A stretch of 64,000 nt of DNA, taken from positions 4,878-68,877 of the forward strand of contig JBHEMG010000217.1 in assembly GCA_046262715.1 (NCBI GenBank), read 5' to 3'. The notes beneath the pieces were generated by a model. That model did not search any database. It saw only the letters and a list, made by a program, of their open reading frames with translations, and was not told where the DNA came from. The position numbers and the translations under genes are program-made. Below, piece by piece: positions 54,089-61,944 of the stretch. The DNA comes from Gemmatimonadales bacterium (GTDB lineage Bacteria; Gemmatimonadota; Gemmatimonadetes; Gemmatimonadales; GWC2-71-9). How positions within the stretch are numbered: the stretch's first letter is position 1; each line of letters begins with the position of its first letter.

Positions 54089-54561
54089 GCCCGCACACGC
54101 GCGCCGTCGAAAACTGGACGCTGCAGCCGCTGACGGACTTCGTCAAAGAAGCGTCGGTGCGTCTTGTCCTGGTGCTGACGTCGTCAGGCCAGGTGCTGGC
54201 GCAGTCCGGTTTCTCGCGCGCGGTGGACGTCATGTCGGCGGCGGCACTCGCCGCGGCGATCGTCGCGTCCACGGCGGAGCTGGCACGACAGCTGCGCCAG
54301 CCGCCCTTTGCCGCGCTGAGCCACCAGGGCCCCAAGCACGGATTCTTCCTCGCGACGTTCACGACTGACCGCGGGACGCTGGCGGTGCTGGCCGTCTACG
54401 ATCTCGATGTTTCATCGCTTGGCCTGGTACAGTTATTCTATGAGCAACTTGCCGAGGACTTGAAGTCGGCGAGTCCCAAGGGAGCGGTGCCAAAGCAGGT
54501 GTTGGCCGCGGACTTCGAGCGCGAATTGACGGACAGTCTCAACACCCTGTTCGGGAGATAG
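54085..54561 (+). CDS. Roadblock/LC7-like protein (third paralogue, MglC-like?)
   Basis: The ORF is trimmed to ATG 54085 (ATGA overlap), giving 158 aa. VRLVLVLTSSGQVLAQSG…SAAALAAAIVASTAELARQL…FFLATFT…LAVLAVYDLDVSSLGLVQLFYEQL shows the same fold pattern but is more diverged. Confidence 0.55.
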   Translation: MSPHTRAVENWTLQPLTDFVKEASVRLVLVLTSSGQVLAQSGFSRAVDVMSAAALAAAIVASTAELARQLRQPPFAALSHQGPKHGFFLATFTTDRGTLAVLAVYDLDVSSLGLVQLFYEQLAEDLKSASPKGAVPKQVLAADFERELTDSLNTLFGR

Positions 54562-54564
54562 CCG

Positions 54565-55164
54565 TTGTCCCTGGTGAATTTCACGACCCGAGAGATCACC
54601 TGCAAAATCGTTTACTACGGACCGGGGCGGTCCGGGAAGACGACGAATCTCCATTACGTGTACGGGCGGGTGCCGGAGACGCGGCGGGGGCGCATGGTGT
54701 CGCTCGCGACGCAGACGGACCGCACGCTGTTTTTCGACTTCCTGCCAATCGATCTGGGGCAGATTTCCGGGTTCTCGACGCGGTTTCAGCTCTACACAGT
54801 TCCGGGGCAGGTCTACTACAACGCCACGCGGCGCCTCGTGCTGCAGGGGGCGGACGGCGTCGTGTTCGTGGGCGACAGCCAGGCGCGTCAGCTCGATGAA
54901 AACATCGAAAGTCTCCAAAACCTGCAGAGCAATCTGCTTGAGCACGGCGTCGACGTGCGGACGATGCCGCTCATTATGCAGTACAACAAGCAAGACCTGC
55001 CGCCGGAGCTGATTCTCACGCAGGCCGAGCTCGATGATGCGCTCAACTTCCGCAGCGTACCGAGTTTCGCGGCCGACGCGCTGCACGGCCGGGGGGTATT
55101 CGAGACCTTGAAGGGGATCTCAGAGCTCGTGCTGAAAAAGCTGGCCGCGGGGAGTCCGGCATGA
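54565..55164 (+). CDS. mglA: MglA-type Ras-like small GTPase
   Basis: 199 aa with a TTG start. [33 protein letters not shown]…[15 protein letters not shown]…[13 protein letters not shown]…[10 protein letters not shown]…MQYNKQDLP is near-collinear with M. xanthus MglA ([29 protein letters not shown]…[11 protein letters not shown]…YTVPGQ…NKRDLP) from memory. Confidence 0.92.
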   Translation: [199 protein letters not shown]

Positions 55165-57107
55165 CGAGCACCCTCAATCCGCGCTTCACCTTCGAGACGT
55201 TCGTGGTGGGCGCGGCCAACCGTCTGGCGGTCACGGCGGGGCGTACCGTCGCCGAGAATCCGGGGTCCGCCTACAACCCCCTCTTCATCTATAGTGGCTC
55301 CGGGCTCGGCAAGACGCACGTGCTCATGGGTATCGGGCACGCCGCCAAGACGCTCGCGCCACAGCTCAACATCGAATACCTGACGCTGGACGAGTACGTC
55401 GAAGCGTTTCATGCGGCGATCGCGGCTGGGCAAGGGGATGCTTTCCGTCGCCGCTTCCAGAACGTCGACGTGCTGCTCGTGGACGACGTGCAGTTTCTCA
55501 CCAATCGCAAAGAGATGCAGGCTGAGCTGCTGCGACTTACGGAAGCGCTGCAGCAGGCGGGCCATCAGATCGTGCTCGCCAGCGATCGGCCGCCCGCGGA
55601 GATCGCGGATCTGGACGAGCGGCTGATCTCCCGCTTTTCCGGCGGCTTGGTCGTCGACATGGGCATTCCCGATTATGAGACGCGCGTCGCGATCCTGCGC
55701 CGCAAAACGGAGGAGCGCGGCACATCGTTCCAGCCAGGCGTGCTCGAGGCCGTCGCAAAGATCGAACATCCCAACGTGCGGGAGCTGATGGGGGCGCTGA
55801 ACCGCCTGATCGCCTTTCAGGCGGTCAACGAAACGCCGATCAACGAAGCAGCTGCGCGGCAGGTGCTCGGCGTTCCGACCGCTGCGGGATCGCCCGCCGC
55901 CGCCGCTCCCGCCCCACCTGCGGCCGCGGCACCGGATGAGTTTTCGGAGTTCCTCAGTGACGTCACGGTCACGGTAGGAAAGGCCGTCGAGGCGTGGCGC
56001 GCGCGCGTGGCCGAGGCGGTGCTGCGCTGGGAAGGGGAAGGGTATCGCACCGGCCGGCTCGAGAAGCTGCTGGACCAGGAAACACCGGCCGCCGTGGATG
56101 AAGCGATCGCGGCCTACATCCAGGACGTGGATCGGCTCAAGGCCCTCGAAGCGGACGTCGCGATGCTCGATCCGCAAGCAGCGGGCGAGAAAGTGTTCCG
56201 CGATCCGGACCGCATGGCGGAAGCCGAAGCCGCGGCCGCCAAGGTCCGTGAGGGTGCGGCGCCCCCGCCGGCCCCGTCGGCCGCATTTCCGCTGGAGAGC
56301 TACGTCGCCGGTCCCTCCAACGAAGTCGCGCTCAACGCGGCGCGCGACGCGATCGCCGCGCCGGGCAAGAAATACAACCCGCTCGTGATCGTGGGAAAAA
56401 GCGGCCAGGGAAAGACGCACCTCCTCAACGCCATCGGTTTGGAGCTGGCGAAGCGGAAGAAAGCGGTCGTGGCCTGTTTGTCTACGCAGCAATTCGTGGA
56501 CGAGCTGATCGCCGCGATCGACGGTAATCGCGTTGACTGGTGGCGGGCGCGCTACCGCCGGGCGACGGCGCTGCTGCTAGACGACATTCAGCTGCTCGCG
56601 GGCAAGGACCGGACGCAAGAGGAGCTGTTCAATCTCTTCAATCAATTTGTCGAAGGCGATCGCCAGCTCGTCTTCACCGCGCCCGCGCACCCCAATACGC
56701 TCCAGGGGCTGGAGGAGCGCATCGTGTCGCGGCTCGAGGGCGGGCTGGTCGCGGAGATCGGCGAGCCAGACAAGGAAGTGAAGCGCGCCGCACTCGAGCG
56801 GCTCCTCAAGAACCAGCGTGTTCCCACCGAAGCGGCGCTCCTCGATTACCTCGCCGATCGTCCCGCCGATTCGGTGCGCAGCTTGACCGCCGTGGTGCAG
56901 CGCGTGGTGGAAGCGGCCGCGGCGCAGGACGCGCCCGTCACCGCCGGTCTGGCTCGCGACGTGCTCGAGGCGCCCGCGCCGCGGCGTACGACGGGGCTGC
57001 GCACGAGCGGCATCGTCGTGTCGAGCGCCGGTGGCGTGCGCAGCCGCGAGAAAATGGTGTGGGATTGGCCGTCGTCGGCGGACCGCGTCATAGAGGATTT
57101 GCGCTAG
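55161..57107 (+). CDS. Tandem DnaA-domain-III (Hda-like) AAA+ ATPase, no DNA-binding domain
   Basis: 648 aa with an ATGA overlap with mglA. Module 1: LNPRFTFETFVVGAANRLA, Walker A GSGLGKTH (55296-55316), Walker B VLLVDDVQF, SDRPPAEI…ERLISRF, PDYETRVAIL, NVRELMGALNRL. Module 2: FPLESYVAGPSNEVA, GKSGQGKTH (56394-56417), ALLLDDIQL, …ERIVSRL, PDKEVKRAAL. No domain I/II and no domain IV HTH recognised. Confidence 0.85.
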   Translation: MTSTLNPRFTFETFVVGAANRLAVTAGRTVAENPGSAYNPLFIYSGSGLGKTHVLMGIGHAAKTLAPQLNIEYLTLDEYVEAFHAAIAAGQGDAFRRRFQNVDVLLVDDVQFLTNRKEMQAELLRLTEALQQAGHQIVLASDRPPAEIADLDERLISRFSGGLVVDMGIPDYETRVAILRRKTEERGTSFQPGVLEAVAKIEHPNVRELMGALNRLIAFQAVNETPINEAAARQVLGVPTAAGSPAAAAPAPPAAAAPDEFSEFLSDVTVTVGKAVEAWRARVAEAVLRWEGEGYRTGRLEKLLDQETPAAVDEAIAAYIQDVDRLKALEADVAMLDPQAAGEKVFRDPDRMAEAEAAAAKVREGAAPPPAPSAAFPLESYVAGPSNEVALNAARDAIAAPGKKYNPLVIVGKSGQGKTHLLNAIGLELAKRKKAVVACLSTQQFVDELIAAIDGNRVDWWRARYRRATALLLDDIQLLAGKDRTQEELFNLFNQFVEGDRQLVFTAPAHPNTLQGLEERIVSRLEGGLVAEIGEPDKEVKRAALERLLKNQRVPTEAALLDYLADRPADSVRSLTAVVQRVVEAAAAQDAPVTAGLARDVLEAPAPRRTTGLRTSGIVVSSAGGVRSREKMVWDWPSSADRVIEDLR

Positions 57108-57108
57108 A

Positions 57109-58725
57109 ATGGCCATCAAGGGCTCGCTCAAAGAGGCGTCGCTGCCCGACGTGCTGCAGCTGCTCGCGCTGGGACAGAAAACCGGCTGCCTGTCGATCGC
57201 CGACCGCTCGAACTTCGGCTACATCTACTTCGACAAAGGCCGCATCGCGTACGCATCGATTGTGAATCGCCGCGATCGCCTCGGCGACATCCTGGTGAAG
57301 CACGAGAAGATCACCCAGGAGCAGCTCGACGCCGCCATTCACCGCCAGGCAAAGGCACGTGACAAAAAGCTGGGCGAGATCCTCGTCAGCCAGGGCGTGA
57401 TCTCGCAGCAGGAGCTGGAGCGCTACATGCGCATGCAGATCGAAGAGTCGGTCTACTACCTGTTCACCTGGACCCAGGGCACGTTCAACTTCGAGGCCGA
57501 TGTCCGCCCCGAGCAACAGGACTTCCTGGTCAACATCAACCCCGAGTCCTTGCTGCTCGAGGGGGCGCGCCGGGTGGACGAGTGGGGGCTGATCGAGAAA
57601 AAAATCCCCTCGTTCGATTTGATCTTTCTCGTCGATCGCGACCGGCTCGCGATCAGCGACGCCAAGCTCACGGAGATGCAGGACCGGCTGCTGCCGTTGC
57701 TCGACGGCTCGCGCGACGTGAACCAGGTCATCGAAGATTCGGGGCTCGGCGAGTTCGAAGTGGGCAAAGCGCTGTACGGGCTGGTGACCGCGGGGTTCCT
57801 GCATCGCGCCGGACGCACCGCCAGCGCCGAAGACCTGAAGATGACCGATGCGCGCGTCGAAGAGCACCGCAATCTCGGCATTGCCTTCTACAAGACCGGG
57901 ATGCTCGACGAGGCGGCGCGGGAATTCCGCCGCGTGGCCGAGCTCCGCGCGACCGATGCGAACGCGCATTTCTTCATCGGCCTCGTCGCCTTGAAGCAGG
58001 CGCGTTGGCGCGAAGCGATGGAAGCGCTGCGGCTCGCCGCCGAGAAGGGCGGCTCGCGCCCGGCCGTGCTGCATAATCTCGGGCTTGCCTACGAGCAGCT
58101 CGGCCGCCTCGAAGAGGCGGAGGCGGCCTATTCCGAGGCCGCGTCACGCGCGAAGACCGATCCGCGCGTGTACGTGGGCTGGGGTATCGTGACGCTGAAG
58201 CAAGGGGACCACGCCGCGGCCGCCGGCCGGCTCGATCGCGCCAAAGAGCTGTTTGCCGAGCGGGTCCCGCCGATCTGGTTCTGGGCGCGCGCGCTCGCCG
58301 CGGCCGCGGCCGGAGACTTTGAGACCGCGGAGCAGGTCGCGGTGCAGGCGGTGGAGGCACATCCGCAGCATGGCGTGCTGCGCAACAACCTCGCGGTGTT
58401 GCACGAGCTGGCCGGCGAGCTCCCGAAGGCCGAGGACCTGGCGCGTGCGGCCTTGCAGGACGAGCCGTCGCTGCCGCAGCTCTCCAAAAATCTTGGCGAT
58501 CTCGCCTACCGTGGCTCGCGCTATGATGAAGCCTGGGACCTCTATCAGCGCGCCGTCGAGCTCGCGCCCGAGCTCGGCGACGACGTCTACTTCAAGCTTG
58601 GCAACATCGCCTACAAGCGGAACGACCGCGCGCAGGCGAACGCGTTGTGGCGCCGCGCCCTCGACCTGAATCCCAAGCACGAACTGGTGAAAGCGAATCT
58701 GGAAACATTGAGCACCTTGTCGTGA
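57109..58725 (+). CDS. PATAN/DUF4388 domain protein with long C-terminal TPR array
   Basis: 538 aa. The N-terminus is GSLKEASLPDVLQLLALGQKTGCLSI…GYIYFDKGRIAYA…WTQGTFNFE. There is a helical insertion with two RLG/KLG…Q motifs and about 7 C-terminal TPRs (…EHRNLGIAFYKTGMLDEAAREFRRVAELRA…). Confidence 0.8.
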   Translation: MAIKGSLKEASLPDVLQLLALGQKTGCLSIADRSNFGYIYFDKGRIAYASIVNRRDRLGDILVKHEKITQEQLDAAIHRQAKARDKKLGEILVSQGVISQQELERYMRMQIEESVYYLFTWTQGTFNFEADVRPEQQDFLVNINPESLLLEGARRVDEWGLIEKKIPSFDLIFLVDRDRLAISDAKLTEMQDRLLPLLDGSRDVNQVIEDSGLGEFEVGKALYGLVTAGFLHRAGRTASAEDLKMTDARVEEHRNLGIAFYKTGMLDEAAREFRRVAELRATDANAHFFIGLVALKQARWREAMEALRLAAEKGGSRPAVLHNLGLAYEQLGRLEEAEAAYSEAASRAKTDPRVYVGWGIVTLKQGDHAAAAGRLDRAKELFAERVPPIWFWARALAAAAAGDFETAEQVAVQAVEAHPQHGVLRNNLAVLHELAGELPKAEDLARAALQDEPSLPQLSKNLGDLAYRGSRYDEAWDLYQRAVELAPELGDDVYFKLGNIAYKRNDRAQANALWRRALDLNPKHELVKANLETLSTLS

Positions 58726-59507
58726 GCGAGGGAGGTGCCCAGGACTCGTTCGAGGCATTGACGAACAAGATCTCGCGCGAGCGCGGAGTGAGCTGCGGGT
58801 CGTACAAGGACAAATGCCTGAAGCGGCGCATCGCCGTGCGCATGCGCGCGCGCGGCGTCCACACCTACGCAGACTACGCCAAGGTGCTCGACGCGGATGC
58901 GCGCGAATATCAGGAGCTGCTCGACACGCTCACGATCAACGTCACGAAATTCTTTCGCAACGCGGAGATGTGGTCCGCGCTCCGGCCACACCTCCACACG
59001 CTGGCGCAGGACCGGCCCAAGCTGCGCGTCTGGTCGGCCGGCTGCGCATCGGGCGAAGAGCCCTACACGATCGCCGTCCTCCTGGCCGAGCTGGGCGTGG
59101 ACGGATCCATCGACGCGACCGATATCGACCGCCTCAGCCTCGAGCGCACACGCCAGGCCAGGTATCCCGACGCCGCGTTTTCCGAGATGCCGGCCGATGT
59201 GAAGCGCCGCTATTTCGCGGGCGGCGAGCCCGCGGCCGCCGTGCGCGGCGTGGTCCATATCCTCACACACGATCTCACCCGCGAACCGCCGCCCCATCCG
59301 CCCTACGATCTCATCGTGTGCCGGAACGTCGTCATCTATTTCGAGCGACAGGCCCAGGAGCGGCTGTTTCAGGTCTTCGTCAACGCGCTCGCGCCCAATG
59401 GCATTCTCGTGCTGGGGAAGGTCGAGACGTTGTTCGGACCGGCGCGCGAGCGCCTTACGCTGGTGGACCCGCGCGAGCGGATCTACATCAAGCCCGCGGC
59501 GTCGTGA
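58722..59507 (+). CDS. cheR: Chemotaxis protein methyltransferase CheR
   Basis: The ORF is trimmed to GTG 58722 (GTGA overlap). Motifs are INVTKFFRN, LRVWSAGCASGEEPYTIA and CRNVVIYF. Confidence 0.9.
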   Translation: MSEGGAQDSFEALTNKISRERGVSCGSYKDKCLKRRIAVRMRARGVHTYADYAKVLDADAREYQELLDTLTINVTKFFRNAEMWSALRPHLHTLAQDRPKLRVWSAGCASGEEPYTIAVLLAELGVDGSIDATDIDRLSLERTRQARYPDAAFSEMPADVKRRYFAGGEPAAAVRGVVHILTHDLTREPPPHPPYDLIVCRNVVIYFERQAQERLFQVFVNALAPNGILVLGKVETLFGPARERLTLVDPRERIYIKPAAS

Positions 59508-59986
59508 AGGAAGTCATCGTCAAGGTGGCCGATTGGGCGGCGGAGCAGGGGGACGGCGTATTAATCACGCTCGGCCTCGGCTCCTGCGTTGCGATCATGC
59601 TCCACGATCCGCAGACCAGAACCGGCGCGATGGCGCACGTGCTGCTGCCCTCGACCAGTCTGGCGCGCGACACCACCAATAGAGCGAAGTTTCCCGACAC
59701 CGCGGTCCCGCTGCTGATCGAGCGGCTCAAAGCGATAGGCGCGGATCCCCGGCGGTTGGTGGCCAAGCTCGCCGGCGGCGCCAGCATGTTCAGCCAGCTC
59801 GTCACCCCGAGCACGATCCAGATGGGGGAGCGCAATGTGCTCGCGTCCCGCAGCGCGCTGCGCAAGGCGGAGATTCCAATCCTGCGCGAAGCGGTGGGAG
59901 GTGAGCGCGGTCGCAGCGTGCGCTTCCACGTGGGGGACGGCCGGGTCGAAATCCGTTCGGTGGGAGCCGCGGCCGATGTCATCTGA
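59504..59986 (+). CDS. cheD: Chemoreceptor glutamine deamidase CheD
   Basis: The ORF is trimmed to GTG 59504 (GTGA overlap), giving 160 aa. Motifs are [17 protein letters not shown]…GAMAHVLLP…KLAGGASMF…GERN. Confidence 0.9.
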   Translation: MKEVIVKVADWAAEQGDGVLITLGLGSCVAIMLHDPQTRTGAMAHVLLPSTSLARDTTNRAKFPDTAVPLLIERLKAIGADPRRLVAKLAGGASMFSQLVTPSTIQMGERNVLASRSALRKAEIPILREAVGGERGRSVRFHVGDGRVEIRSVGAAADVI

Positions 59987-61055
59987 GGCGCGCCCGCGCG
60001 TCGTCGTTGCGGATGACAGCGCGCTGATGCGCCGGGTGCTGGTGGATGTCCTGGGCGCGCAGTTCGACGTCGTCGCCACCGCGCGCGACGGTATCGACGC
60101 GATCCGGAAGATCCATCAATACAAGCCGGACGTCGTCACGCTCGACCTCGAGATGCCGGAGCTCGATGGGCTCGGCGCGATCGGCTACATCATGTCCGAA
60201 TCACCGCTGCCGATCGTCGTCGTGAGCGCCCACGCCGGTCCCGGCACAGCGACCGCGATTCGTGCGCTGGAGCTCGGCGCGGTGGAGATCGTCGCGAAGC
60301 CGCCGCCCGATGTCTTCGGGCACGCGCGCGGCGCGCTCGAGGCCCTCGCGCCGCAGCTCGTCGACGCGGTGCGGCGGGCGCTCGCGGCCGATGTATCGCA
60401 CGTCACCGTGCTGGCGCGCCCCCCTGCGCCGGTCATGCACCCGCCGGAGCTCGCGCTGCGCGGCCGCGCCACGCTCGCGGTGGCACTCGCGGCCTCGACG
60501 GGCGGCCCACGCGCGCTCACCGACGTCGTGCCTCGGCTGCCCACTGGGCACGCCGCCGCCGTGCTCATCGTGCAACACATGCCGCCCAAGTTCACGCGCA
60601 GTCTCGCGGAGCGGCTCGATTCGATGAGCCGGCTGCGTGTGGTGGAGGGGGACGACGGCGCGCCGATCGTGGCGGATACGGCGTACGTTGCCCCGGGCGA
60701 TTATCATATGCGGGTGCGCGCCGCTCCCGATGGTCCCGTCATTGCACTCGATCAGTCCGCGCCCATCTGGGGCGTCCGGCCGGCTGCCGATCCACTGTTC
60801 CGCTCCGTCGCCGAGGTGTTCGGCGCGCGCGGTGTGGGCGTCGTGTTGACGGGAATGGGCCGGGACGGGGCGGACGGGTTGCGGGCGCTGCACGACGCCG
60901 GCGGGACCGGGCTCGCCCAGGACCGCGAAACCGCCGTCATCGCGGGCATGCCGGTCGCCGCGGTGCAGGCCGGTGGCGTCGACGCCGTGCTGCCGCTGGG
61001 CCAGATCGCCGATCGCGTTGCGGCAGAGCTGGCGCGCCGGAGGGCGTCGCGATGA
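59976..61055 (+). CDS. cheB: Chemotaxis response regulator protein-glutamate methylesterase CheB
   Basis: The ORF is trimmed to ATG 59976, an 11-nt overlap. It has REC ([11 protein letters not shown]; [14 protein letters not shown]) and an esterase domain ([12 protein letters not shown]; [10 protein letters not shown]; LTGMGRDGA). Confidence 0.92.
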   Translation: MSSEARPRVVVADDSALMRRVLVDVLGAQFDVVATARDGIDAIRKIHQYKPDVVTLDLEMPELDGLGAIGYIMSESPLPIVVVSAHAGPGTATAIRALELGAVEIVAKPPPDVFGHARGALEALAPQLVDAVRRALAADVSHVTVLARPPAPVMHPPELALRGRATLAVALAASTGGPRALTDVVPRLPTGHAAAVLIVQHMPPKFTRSLAERLDSMSRLRVVEGDDGAPIVADTAYVAPGDYHMRVRAAPDGPVIALDQSAPIWGVRPAADPLFRSVAEVFGARGVGVVLTGMGRDGADGLRALHDAGGTGLAQDRETAVIAGMPVAAVQAGGVDAVLPLGQIADRVAAELARRRASR

Positions 61056-61480
61056 AGGGCTACCTGCTGGTGCGCGCTGAGGGGAAGTCGTACGGCCTTC
61101 CCGTCGCGCGCGTGCTCGAAGTCGGCGATGCCACCGAAGTGCTGCAAATTCCTCATACCCTGGCCGCCATGCGAGGTCTGACACCGCTGCGCGGCCGGCT
61201 GGTTCCGCTCATTCATCTCGGCGCCTTTCTGACTGGCAGCGATGCTCCCGCACGCGCATCGAGCGCCGCGCGCACGATCGTGCTCGTCGAAGTGGGTGGA
61301 ACCGCGGGGCGCCGGCAGGTCGCGCTCGAAGTCGACGACGCGGACGTGGTCGTTCGCGAGCAACCGCTGCCGGTACCACGCGGGCAGGCGTTGCCGTGGG
61401 CAGCCGGCGTGGCGGAGGTCGAGGGCGGGACGCTGGTCCCGGTACTCGATTTGGACGCTTTGGGGGACCGGATCGGATGA
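61052..61480 (+). CDS. CheW-like domain protein
   Basis: 142 aa with an ATGA overlap. [21 protein letters not shown]…[21 protein letters not shown]…[10 protein letters not shown]… fits a CheW-like pattern. Confidence 0.72.
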   Translation: MKGYLLVRAEGKSYGLPVARVLEVGDATEVLQIPHTLAAMRGLTPLRGRLVPLIHLGAFLTGSDAPARASSAARTIVLVEVGGTAGRRQVALEVDDADVVVREQPLPVPRGQALPWAAGVAEVEGGTLVPVLDLDALGDRIG

Positions 61481-61944
61481 CGACCGTCGACACGGGCGAT
61501 GAGGTCCAACTGGTGACCTTCCGGGTGGGCGGCCAGGATTTCGCGTTCAATATCTTCCAGGTGGAGCGCATCCTGCGCTACGAGGCGCCCGCGCCGCTTC
61601 CCAAAGCGCCCGATTTCCTCGAGGGCGTGCTGCAGTATCAGGGAAAAGCGATCCCGCTCGTGGACCTGCGCAAACGCCTCGGAATCGCCGCCCCGATCAA
61701 GGAAGACACGCGCACCGTGGTTCTCGAATTCGAAGGCGGCAAGATCGGCATGATCGTGGATACCGTCACGGAGGTGCTGCAGGTGGCGGCGCAGGCCGTC
61801 ACGGCGCCGCCCGGAATCGTCAAAGGGCTCGCCGCCGAATACATCGCGGGTCTTGTCGTGCAAAATGGCCGCACCATCATCGTCTTGAACACGAACAAGC
61901 TGCTGACGGCCAAGGAAAAAATGGCCCTGCAAGGAGCGGCATGA
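61477..61944 (+). CDS. cheW: CheW coupling protein
   Basis: The ORF is trimmed to ATG 61477 (ATGA overlap), giving 155 aa. QLVTFRVGGQDFAFNIFQVERILR…PKAPDFLEGVLQYQGKAIPLVDLRKRLG…GMIVDTVTEVL…IIVLNTNKLL. Confidence 0.88.
   Translation: MTTVDTGDEVQLVTFRVGGQDFAFNIFQVERILRYEAPAPLPKAPDFLEGVLQYQGKAIPLVDLRKRLGIAAPIKEDTRTVVLEFEGGKIGMIVDTVTEVLQVAAQAVTAPPGIVKGLAAEYIAGLVVQNGRTIIVLNTNKLLTAKEKMALQGAA

Noticed and set aside
55161-57107. Possibility that the DnaA-like gene marks the replication origin or is the initiator dnaA
   Set aside because: There is no domain IV DNA-binding HTH and no domain I/II. There are no dnaN/recF/gyrB neighbours and no AT-rich unwinding region. I noticed no cluster of TTATCCACA-like boxes nearby. 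The gene sits inside a tightly coupled mglA/che operon.
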